A stretch of 64,000 nt of DNA from Meyerozyma guilliermondii. Its lineage: Eukaryota. Each line of letters starts with the position of its first letter. Positions within the stretch are counted from its first letter, which is position 1. This document shows positions 11,243-19,694 of the stretch, one piece after another. The stretch is from positions 310,001 through 374,000 of the forward strand of contig CP128818.1 in the NCBI GenBank assembly GCA_051546255.1, written 5' to 3'. The translations under genes and the position numbers were made by a program. The notes beneath the pieces are model-generated. The model had not been told where the DNA came from, searched no databases, and was given only the letters and a program-made list of their open reading frames with translations.

Positions 11243-11452
11243 CTATTTCTTCTCATCCTTCTTGGCATCCTTCTTGTGATCTTCTTGGTAACCAGTGTAA
11301 GCAGCCTTAGCCTTGGTTTGGAAGTCTCCCTCGGTCGAACTGTAGTCCTTGTAAGCTTCTTGAGCGTCCTTGGAGTACTCCTTGTAATCGATCTTGCCGT
11401 CCTTGCCAGCCAAAGCCTCTTGTCCTTTCTTTAATAAATCGTCAAAACCCAT
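11243..11452 (-). CDS. Small (69 aa) hydrophilic, hydrophilin-like protein
   Basis: MGFDDLLKKGQEALAGKDG...; high-expression-type codons (AAG, GAC, TAC); TATAAAA about 33 nt upstream with adjacent AGGGG. Confidence 0.75.
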   Translation of the reverse strand: MGFDDLLKKGQEALAGKDGKIDYKEYSKDAQEAYKDYSSTEGDFQTKAKAAYTGYQEDHKKDAKKDEKK

Positions 11453-11795
11453 GTTGATGTCAATTGAGGGGCGAACGCGACCCCTTTTATATGGTGGAGT
11501 GAATTTCACCCCGACTGGGTGGCAGATTGTTCTCTGCGGCGCTGTTTCCTAATGCGGGCTGCATGACATCATAAGCCCGCGCGACGACGCACCTCCATGC
11601 AGAAGACGAGCGACACGAAATCGGAATCCAACACGAAGTGACAAATTTCAAACTTGATTAACCTGACCCGGTCAATTGCCTGATTGATTGTTTTACTCAA
11701 TTGACTCAATTGACTCAATTTCTTTTCAATTGATCTCAATTGATTTATTTATTCTTACACTCTTACTTACTACTTACTGTCAATTGTGTCTCCAC

Positions 11796-14700
11796 TCACA
11801 ACTTCAACTTCTCCAAAACCTCAATCGTGTGCTCATAGCCCTCGATTTCAGCCTTGTAGTTCTCCACCTTCTTGTGTGCCGCTTCTCTGGCTTCCGCATT
11901 GGTTTTTTCCGTAAACTTGCCAATAGCCTCCAATGCCTTCTTTTCGAGGTCCTTGATGGTGTTCAATTTCTTTTGCACCTTTGTGATTTCCGAGTCCAAA
12001 TCAATTTGGCCCTTAACAAGAACATGCACTGAGCATTCAGTGTTGATCGACTGCAAAGCACATCCACTAGGAATTTCTTCACTGCTCGACACAACCTTGA
12101 CACTTTCTACACCTTTGATCAACGCAGCTATCGAGTCCAGTTGTTCAGAAATTATAGTGTAGGATTCCTTGTTAGAAGATTCAACATAAACTTGACCGTT
12201 CTTCAAAATGTTGTATTGTGCCAACAACGAACGTGCACCCTTGGTGATATCCAATACCAAATCATAGGCTTGCAAACTCTTGACATCGTCAAAGTCGCTG
12301 GTGTATTCTGGATACTTGGCAATCATAACCGACTCGGTAGAGTCTCCACCACGACGAGGGAGTCTCTGCCACATTTCCTCGGTGACAAAAGGCATGAATG
12401 GGTGGATCAATTTCAAGGCACTGTCGATACATGTGTAGAGGGTGTCTTGTGCTGACTTCTTTTGTTCTGGAGATCCGTCTTGAATCAACGACTTGGAGTT
12501 TTCGATGTACACATCACACAAGTCGTACCAGAAATTGTAGATGGCATTGGTAGCCTCGAAGAAATCCCGTTTATCCAAACTTTCGGACATGGCTTTATTG
12601 GTGTGGGTCAATTTGTGCAAGATCCATTTTTCAACCAACAGTTCCTTACCGGTCAAATTGGAAGATGCTGGTGGCTTGTAGTCGTCCCCAAGACGGCCCA
12701 ACACGAATTTTGTGGCCTGGTAGATCTTGTTGCAAAATTTACGGTACCCTTCAACTCTCAAAATATCCAAATTGATGTCTCTTCCTCCAGTGGTGTAAGC
12801 ACACAATGCAAATCTCAAGGCATCTGTACCACATTCAGGAATACCATTAGGATATGAAGCCTTCTGGCCTTCCTCGGCCTTTTTCAATTCACGAGGATCC
12901 AAGTTTCCAGTTCTTAATTTATCGTGCAAAGTCTGCAATGGAATACCGGTAATTACGTCGATTGGATCAATGACATTTCCCAACGATTTGGACATCTTAC
13001 GGCCCTGAGCGTCTCTAACCAACGAGTGGCAGAAAACCTCCTTGAATGGTGCTTTTCCCGTGAGTTTCAAACTCAACAAGATCATTCTCGACACCCAGAA
13101 GAACAAAATGTCCCACCCAGTTTCAAGCATGGATAAAGGACTGAACAATTGCATGTCTCTGGTATTGTGGGGCCATCCAAGGGTCGAAAGTGGCCATAAA
13201 CCAGACGAGAACCAGGTATCAAGAACATCTTCATCCTGCTCCAATTCAAACTTGGAATCTGGACATCTCTTTTTCGCTTTTTCCAAGGCCTCTTCATAAG
13301 TTCTTCCAGCAACCCATTTTTCGTTGTCCAATCTGTCCTCAGTCTCTCCCTCGACCTTGATATAGTAGACTGGACATCTGTGTCCCCACCACAACTGTCT
13401 GGAAATACACCAATCCTGGATATTTTCGAGCCAGTGGAAATATTCAGCTTCTGAATTTTTGGGAGTGATGGTGATCTCACCGTCCTTGACAGCCTTGATG
13501 GCATCCTTGGCCATTTCCTGCTGGTTGACCCACCATTGTGGTTTCAAGATAGGTTCAATGACATCACCAGAACGAGAGCAGATAGGAATTGTCATCTCGT
13601 TATCTTTCTGGCCCTCAAACAAACCCTTTTCTTTCAACGCTTCGATCACCTTGTATCTAGCATCGAACCGTTTGGTTCCTTCCCATTCAGGTCCACAGTT
13701 TTCGTTCAAAAGACCATCGTCAGTGAAAATATTGATGAACTCAAGGTTATTTCTCTTACCACAACCATAATCGTTCTGGTCGTGAGCGGGCGTGATCTTG
13801 ACGGCACCAGTTCCAAATTCCATATCTACAGCTTCGGCATCGGTGACAATGGGAATTCTGCGGTCCAAGAAAGGATGGAGAACATACTTTCCATGAAGAT
13901 GTTTGTAGCGAGGATCGTCGGGATGAACAGCAATACCCGTATCACCAAACATGGTTTCTGGACGGGTGGTAGCGACGGTGATTTTTTCGTCGGAATTTTC
14001 AACCTGGTAAGAAAATGAAGTCAATACACCGAACTCGATCTTGGAGTCATAGTTGGGTACGGAAAGCAACGTGCGTCCGGGAATGGACTTGTTATCGACT
14101 TCCAAGTTGGAAAGAGCCGTGTTCAATTTGACAGACCAATTGACCAATCTCGAAGCACGATAGATGGTTCCGTCTTCATGAAGTCTAACGAACGCTTCAA
14201 CCACCGCCTCGCTCAATTGCGGACTCATGGTGAACGCTTCACGGCTCCAGTCGTAACTGGCACCCAATCTCTTGAATTGGTCTTTTATACGCTGGTGATA
14301 AATTTCTTTCCAATCCCACACTTTTTCCACAAATTTTTCACGTCCGAAATCATGTCTGGTTTTCTTCTCATTAGCCCACAATTGCTTCTCCACAACCGAT
14401 TGGGTGGCAATACCAGCGTGGTCAAACCCAGGGATGAAAAGAGTCGTTTTTCCCTTCATTCTATTGTATCTAATCAAGGTATCTTGAAGTGCGACCGTTA
14501 AAGCATGTCCAATGTGCAAAGCACCAGTGACGTTTGGAGGAGGAGCAGGGATGGTGAACGCTCCTTCTGGTTTAATCTCGCCGTTTTCTGTCAATTGGGG
14601 CTTGAAAAAGTCCTTTTTGTTCCACCAGCTGTACCATGAACTCTCAACATTTTTCGGATTGTATGCCTTGAAAGCAGCATCATCAAGTGAAGCCAAAACC

Positions 14701-14993
14701 TTTTTTTCTCCAGCTACAGTGGTATCGTTCCACTCTGGAACAGGCTCGGCCACCTTCTTCTCCTTCTTAGGTTTGGCAGCAGGTTTATTCTTGGCATCTT
14801 CAGCCTGTTTGGCTTTTTTTGCGTTGAATTTGGCCAACTTTTCAGCTTTTTTTTTCTCTTTTTCCAACTCTTTGGCTGTTTTAGGTCTGGATCCTTCACC
14901 AGCCGCGGCCTGAGGAATCGTAGCGTCACTCATCGTGTAGTATCGTATCAGTCTTTGTACCACAGTCCGTAACACCCCTAGCTTATGGACCAT
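11796..14993 (-). CDS. VAS1: Valyl-tRNA synthetase (mitochondrial and cytosolic isoforms)
   Basis: PPPNVTGALHIGH (HIGH), DWCISRQLWWGH, KMSKS; in-frame ATGs at 14993 and 14933. Confidence 0.98.
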   Translation of the reverse strand: MVHKLGVLRTVVQRLIRYYTMSDATIPQAAAGEGSRPKTAKELEKEKKKAEKLAKFNAKKAKQAEDAKNKPAAKPKKEKKVAEPVPEWNDTTVAGEKKVLASLDDAAFKAYNPKNVESSWYSWWNKKDFFKPQLTENGEIKPEGAFTIPAPPPNVTGALHIGHALTVALQDTLIRYNRMKGKTTLFIPGFDHAGIATQSVVEKQLWANEKKTRHDFGREKFVEKVWDWKEIYHQRIKDQFKRLGASYDWSREAFTMSPQLSEAVVEAFVRLHEDGTIYRASRLVNWSVKLNTALSNLEVDNKSIPGRTLLSVPNYDSKIEFGVLTSFSYQVENSDEKITVATTRPETMFGDTGIAVHPDDPRYKHLHGKYVLHPFLDRRIPIVTDAEAVDMEFGTGAVKITPAHDQNDYGCGKRNNLEFINIFTDDGLLNENCGPEWEGTKRFDARYKVIEALKEKGLFEGQKDNEMTIPICSRSGDVIEPILKPQWWVNQQEMAKDAIKAVKDGEITITPKNSEAEYFHWLENIQDWCISRQLWWGHRCPVYYIKVEGETEDRLDNEKWVAGRTYEEALEKAKKRCPDSKFELEQDEDVLDTWFSSGLWPLSTLGWPHNTRDMQLFSPLSMLETGWDILFFWVSRMILLSLKLTGKAPFKEVFCHSLVRDAQGRKMSKSLGNVIDPIDVITGIPLQTLHDKLRTGNLDPRELKKAEEGQKASYPNGIPECGTDALRFALCAYTTGGRDINLDILRVEGYRKFCNKIYQATKFVLGRLGDDYKPPASSNLTGKELLVEKWILHKLTHTNKAMSESLDKRDFFEATNAIYNFWYDLCDVYIENSKSLIQDGSPEQKKSAQDTLYTCIDSALKLIHPFMPFVTEEMWQRLPRRGGDSTESVMIAKYPEYTSDFDDVKSLQAYDLVLDITKGARSLLAQYNILKNGQVYVESSNKESYTIISEQLDSIAALIKGVESVKVVSSSEEIPSGCALQSINTECSVHVLVKGQIDLDSEITKVQKKLNTIKDLEKKALEAIGKFTEKTNAEAREAAHKKVENYKAEIEGYEHTIEVLEKLKL

Positions 14994-15247
14994 ACAACGA
15001 CAAATTTTTTCGAGGTATAGCCTCTGTGCAGGGAGGCTCACGACGGTGCAGGACGTGAGTCAGAAGAAGATAAGAGAAATAAGAAAGAAGCTATCAGGCT
15101 AACTAGGTTATTGAGGATATCAAGATTAGCAACGCTAACAACGCTATTAAAGCTATCCCGAACGATGACTAGTTTGTTTTCTTAATTTTTTAATTTTTTG
15201 ATTTATACCTCTTTTAGTATTTTGCAGCCATACTCTTCTATTCCCAT

Positions 15248-16672
15248 TTATCGCTTTTGTCTCTTGTCGTCTCCTCCTATCCTCTCAGCCATTCGCTTAG
15301 ACATTCGTGCACCCGTATTCTCATTAACAGCAATCTTTTCTCGAGCACTCATTCCCAACCCAACTTCATTACCAAAGCTGTCCAAAACTGTATCTTCAGC
15401 TTTTCCAAATTGCATCCGATTCTGTGCTCGGCGCAATTCCGACATCTGGAACCGCTCCTTCATTTTCCTGAACCTTCTTCCGCCTCGTTTTTTCAGTTTC
15501 TGGTCCACTGGAACAGGAAGTGCCTTGTCTCCACGGTTCTCTGGAGGAGTGAGTAACTTGTCGATTTTTTCATGAAGTTCTTGACGATAACTAGCACCAA
15601 CAGAGCCGTCTGGACTGGTCCTTGCTAGATCTATACGGGCGGCTAGCACAACTTTTCCGCTTACAATTCGCATGGCTTGTTTGACAACTTCTAGAGGAAG
15701 AAACCTCACGAGATCACAATGAAACAAGTATCCAGTTTGGCGAACAGCGCCTTTTGCGGTATTATCGTCGGTATCTGAGTATTCTCTGGCCCCCAAAGAT
15801 GCAAGATTGCATGCTGGAGTCGCTGCCAATTGGCGCAACGAACCGGTTGCAACGAGTAGCTGAGACGCAGTAACGGAACCAACTAACTTCGCCAAATTAG
15901 GACACATTGTTTGCACTCTCAGTGCAATGTACGTCCTAGACTCGTCCAAAAACGAGCTTAGCTCCACCATCATCACACATCCGTCGAGAACCTGGCGGAT
16001 ATCGAAATCATTGAGCCTGAAATGATCACCATTTTGCACCGCAGCCATCGTCAAAAGCAAGATTTTCTCGCTGGAAAGAAACCCAGCCAACTCGTCGCGG
16101 TGGTCGCGGACCAGTGCCAAGTCCTGCTTGAGCACAAGGACGCTTTTGGCGTAATCTATAGCAGATGCAACCAATGAGTCAAGTTCGGGGAAAACGAGCT
16201 TGTAATGGTGTTTGACAAAAGAGTGAAGAAATCGAATTTCGTCGTTGATTATCGTTGCCAAATCGTTCACAGCAAGCACAAACTGGTACTCTTCGTTGGA
16301 TTCGGGCTTTTCTATGCTGTTTAAGAGTTCCATATAGTCTGTTGAACCACCACGAAATCGCTCCAACAGCTGTCTCAATTGTGGTAGAAAGGTGAAAATT
16401 GGAACTTCTTTCGTGATGGATTTGGTTTGTATATCGTGCTGCCTTCTCTGGGTAAGAAGTTGGCGAACAGATTCTAGAAGAGACTCGTCTGAATGGGAAT
16501 TTTGTTGTGGTGAAGGGTTATTCAGGGTGTCATTTTCTTCTGTTTTTTGGTGGTCTTGTTCGCTTTTGGTATCATTTCCTATTTCCTGAGTGCCACCACC
16601 ATGCTCAGCTTCATTTTGAGCTTCCACATCACTGTCGTCCCAATCTCGTAGGAGTTCATCCTGAAGGTCCAT
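15248..16672 (-). CDS. PRP31: U4/U6.U5 snRNP protein Prp31
   Basis: Nop domain (FPELDSLV, PACNLASLG, KVVLAARID), KKRGGRRFRKMKE, NRMQFG; ATG at 16672. Confidence 0.93.
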   Translation of the reverse strand: MDLQDELLRDWDDSDVEAQNEAEHGGGTQEIGNDTKSEQDHQKTEENDTLNNPSPQQNSHSDESLLESVRQLLTQRRQHDIQTKSITKEVPIFTFLPQLRQLLERFRGGSTDYMELLNSIEKPESNEEYQFVLAVNDLATIINDEIRFLHSFVKHHYKLVFPELDSLVASAIDYAKSVLVLKQDLALVRDHRDELAGFLSSEKILLLTMAAVQNGDHFRLNDFDIRQVLDGCVMMVELSSFLDESRTYIALRVQTMCPNLAKLVGSVTASQLLVATGSLRQLAATPACNLASLGAREYSDTDDNTAKGAVRQTGYLFHCDLVRFLPLEVVKQAMRIVSGKVVLAARIDLARTSPDGSVGASYRQELHEKIDKLLTPPENRGDKALPVPVDQKLKKRGGRRFRKMKERFQMSELRRAQNRMQFGKAEDTVLDSFGNEVGLGMSAREKIAVNENTGARMSKRMAERIGGDDKRQKR

Positions 16673-16690
16673 CACCTGAATTCGATGCGA

Positions 16691-17060
16691 TCGCACAATT
16701 CTGGTTCGCACAATTTAGTGGAGTTCGCACAAATTACTGGCAGAGTTCGCTAATTCGCACAATTACTGGGACTTTTTCGCACAATTTACTGGAGTTCGCA
16801 CAAATTACTGGCAGTTCGCACAAATTACTGGCAGTTCGCACAAATTACGGCAGGGTTCGCACAAGTTACTGGCGATGTTTCGCGAATTCGCACAATTTAC
16901 TGGAGTTCGCACAATTTACTAGGACATTTTCGCACAATTTACTGGAGTTCGCACAAATTACTGGCAGTTCGCACAATTTACCGGCAGAGTTCGCACTGAG
17001 TCCGCAAATTCGCACAATTTACTGGAGTTTGCACAATGTACTGGCAAACTTCGCACTAAG
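16691..17060 (+). repeat. Minisatellite, about 18 units of 19-22 bp (TTCGCACAAWTTACTGG(C)AG)
   Basis: 15 exact CGCACAA cores plus degenerate copies, counted by eye; fills the PRP31-RRP46 intergenic region. Confidence 0.97.
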
Positions 17061-17088
17061 TTCGCGAATTCTCACTGCGTTCGAATTC

Positions 17089-17105
17089 GCATCTCATCTC
17101 ATCTC
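17089..17105. promoter_or_regulatory. PAC-like element (GATGAG repeats) upstream of RRP46
   Basis: GCATCTCATCTCATCTC directly before the ATG. Related motifs precede DRN1 (23717, 23731), SET6 (26551), NOC4 (34803) and TGS1 (39515). Confidence 0.6.
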
Positions 17106-17771
17106 ATGACTTCCCACCTCTCCACGTCGATCTTGACAAAGGTAGATGGCTCCTCACAGCTCACTGTAGGCGGCACAAAGGTCGTGGTGTCTGTAACTGG
17201 CCCCATCGAGCCGAAATTACGTCACGAACTTCCAACCCAATCCAGTTTCGAAATCATAATTCGTCCTGCTGTTGGTGTTTCTTCCACCAGAGAAAAACTA
17301 ATGGAGGATAAGCTTTTGTCGCTCCTTCAGAATGTGATAGCTCGGTTCCAGAACCCCAGACAACTTATTCAAATTGTTATACAGTTTCTCATCACCGAAC
17401 CTATACCGAACCATTATACCAATTCCCAGCTAAGTGCCGCTGCCAATGCTTGCTACTATGCTTTAATAGATGCCAATGTGCCACTACTTTGCTCATTTGC
17501 TGCTGTGCCCATTGCTATCTACAAAAACGAAATAATTGCAAATCCTGCTCCGCAAGTCATCACCGAAAGCGAATCGAACCATGTAGTCTGTTATGGGATC
17601 CACGACGCCAAAGCAGACTCGTTGTTGCTTGTGGAGAGTCAGGGAAGCTTTACAAGCGAACAGCTCTTTAAAGTTTTGGATATTGCTCAAAAGGAATGCG
17701 AAAGTGTTCACCAAGAGCAGCGCACATATTTACAGGAGAAAGTTTCCCAAGACTTTATTTGGAAACAATGA
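17106..17771 (+). CDS. RRP46: Exosome RNase PH-like subunit Rrp46
   Basis: LTKVDGSS, KVVVSVTGPIEPK.R.ELP, PRQLIQIV, ALIDANVPL. Confidence 0.93.
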   Translation: MTSHLSTSILTKVDGSSQLTVGGTKVVVSVTGPIEPKLRHELPTQSSFEIIIRPAVGVSSTREKLMEDKLLSLLQNVIARFQNPRQLIQIVIQFLITEPIPNHYTNSQLSAAANACYYALIDANVPLLCSFAAVPIAIYKNEIIANPAPQVITESESNHVVCYGIHDAKADSLLLVESQGSFTSEQLFKVLDIAQKECESVHQEQRTYLQEKVSQDFIWKQ

Positions 17772-17787
17772 ACGAATATATAAGTGG

Positions 17788-19518
17788 TCAGTACAAAGTT
17801 GCTAACGGGTCCATGCGCGAAGAGCCGGTCTGTGCGAGGAGATTCAACTCGTTCAGAAACTTGTTGTTTGGATTGAGCTTGTGCTTGAAAGTGAAACCTA
17901 TAAAGTTGTTGTTGGAGACTTTTTTGTTTCCCGATCTTTCGAGCAACAGCTCATTGTGTTCCTGGCGAGCGAATACGTCTTTGTACTTTTGCATACTTTC
18001 CTCATCCTCAAAATCGTCAAAGTATCCAGCATCCTCTTCGTTATCAAGTTGTGGTGTGAATGGAGGTGTTTTCTTGCGGATGTTGGCCCAGTCTTTAATA
18101 TCAGCAAAATACGCCATTTTTTGCACCTGTCTAAAAGTCTTGATTCGGGTCTCTGGCGACGCTATCAAGCGAGTTATGAGCTGCCATGTACGGTCGCTGA
18201 ACACATAACGGCCGTCTTTAGTCTGGGGTCTTCTCAACGACGATTTCCAATGCTTCAAGTTGTAGTATGTTTCGTCGGGCTTGGAACCAGAAAACGGCGG
18301 GTATCCACAAAGAGCCTCGAAAAGCATGCATCCTAACGACCAATAGTCAATAGTATAATCGTAATTCTTGCCCTCCAACACTTCAAGTGCCATGTAATCG
18401 GGAGACCCTACAATGGAATTGGCCAAGTTCAAATGGCCCTGGCTCTCTTTAAAAATCTTTTGACGCTCAGACATCGAGCTGGAAGGAAGCTCGTAGTTAT
18501 CCAAGTCTTGAAGATTCTTCAATTTCATACGCATGCTTTCAATACGGTCCGTAGACACCGTTCCCGCGGCCAAACCGAAATCGGTCAATTTGATATGTCC
18601 TTTCGAATCGACCAAGAAGTTCTCAGGCTTGAGATCTCTGTGGGTGAACCCCAATTCGTGAAGAGAGTTGACGGCAGCAAACATTTCCGAGATGTAGAAC
18701 CGGGCATGGGGAGGAACAAGGTAGCCAGTGTTGTTGAGCAAAGTTCTAAAGTCTCCACCAGGTACGAATTCCATAGCCAAAAAAACCTTTTGTGGGTCCT
18801 GGAAAGCATAGAGCAACTTCACGAGCCATTCGCTACGAGTGTTGGTCAAAATGTCTCTTTCCGTCAACACATGGCGGGTTTCATCAAGCTTTACAAGAAG
18901 GCTCTTGTTCAAGATTTTGAGAGCACAGATTTCTCTCGTATCGTTCTTCCGTGCCAAGAAAACCTGTCCATATCCCCCCTGGCCCACCTGGGTGATCATC
19001 TGAAAATCCTTGTGTTTTGGCTTGAGTCTTCTTTTCCGCAAAAGTGCCCTTTCTCTGCCAATGTAATTTTTCCATTCAAGCTGCTGGCGCTGAGGATTGG
19101 CAGCAAAATTGGGATCTTGCACAAGTTTTGTGTGCACCAACTTGGTTCTATCCCTCCTGCTAATCACATAGTCAAACATATCACAATAATAGTCTAAAAA
19201 GTAAAGCTGAGCTACCGAAGCCAATCTTTTGGTTTTTGGATCATTGGCTTTTCTTCTGAATTCTTCCTCGGTGAGTGGGATTCGTTTTGGCATTTGTGTG
19301 GTAGCTATGGCAAATTTGGGTGGGTTTCTGGCAGCGTAGGCATGGTTTGCTACCGGAGACGAAGAATTGTGTACTATGGATTTTGTAGGCGACGACAACG
19401 GTGTAATATTTTCCTTGTTCACAGCAGTATGGCTCGGTGAATCTATGTCCATAAGAGACACGTTGTCCATTGACATCGAGAGGTTCTCCATATCGGAACG
19501 TTTGGATTTGAAAAGCAT
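17788..19518 (-). CDS. DBF2: NDR-family mitotic exit kinase Dbf2
   Basis: QLYFLDYYCDMFDY, GQGGYGQV, HRDLKPENFL, SIVGSPDYMA, FIGFTFKH; ATG at 19518. Confidence 0.97.
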   Translation of the reverse strand: MLFKSKRSDMENLSMSMDNVSLMDIDSPSHTAVNKENITPLSSPTKSIVHNSSSPVANHAYAARNPPKFAIATTQMPKRIPLTEEEFRRKANDPKTKRLASVAQLYFLDYYCDMFDYVISRRDRTKLVHTKLVQDPNFAANPQRQQLEWKNYIGRERALLRKRRLKPKHKDFQMITQVGQGGYGQVFLARKNDTREICALKILNKSLLVKLDETRHVLTERDILTNTRSEWLVKLLYAFQDPQKVFLAMEFVPGGDFRTLLNNTGYLVPPHARFYISEMFAAVNSLHELGFTHRDLKPENFLVDSKGHIKLTDFGLAAGTVSTDRIESMRMKLKNLQDLDNYELPSSSMSERQKIFKESQGHLNLANSIVGSPDYMALEVLEGKNYDYTIDYWSLGCMLFEALCGYPPFSGSKPDETYYNLKHWKSSLRRPQTKDGRYVFSDRTWQLITRLIASPETRIKTFRQVQKMAYFADIKDWANIRKKTPPFTPQLDNEEDAGYFDDFEDEESMQKYKDVFARQEHNELLLERSGNKKVSNNNFIGFTFKHKLNPNNKFLNELNLLAQTGSSRMDPLATLY

Positions 19519-19559
19519 GGTGAGAGAAGGAAACACCAATTACATATACTAAATGAGAG

Positions 19560-19694
19560 TGTTTACAAACAGCCCAAAGGAGAAGAGCGATTGCGAGCGC
19601 AGCGAGCAAACAATGCAGGATCTGTGAAGCTTGGGAGCGCAGCGAGCAAGCGATGCAGGATGATCTCTGGGTGTGTGCAGGAAACCGCGCGGTT
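19560..19694. promoter_or_regulatory. DBF2 upstream elements: forkhead site, 27-bp direct repeat, 12-bp palindrome
   Basis: TGTTTAC at 19560-19566; repeat at 19595-19621 and 19635-19661 (25/27 identical); AACCGCGCGGTT at 19683-19694. Confidence 0.55.

Noticed and set aside
16691..17060. CRISPR-like array
   Set aside because: Eukaryotic context, repeats abut with no unique 25-45-bp spacers, and there are no cas genes; it is a minisatellite.
16507..17109. 200-aa + strand ORF
   Set aside because: Non-ATG start, antisense overlap with PRP31, and the peptide merely translates the repeat.
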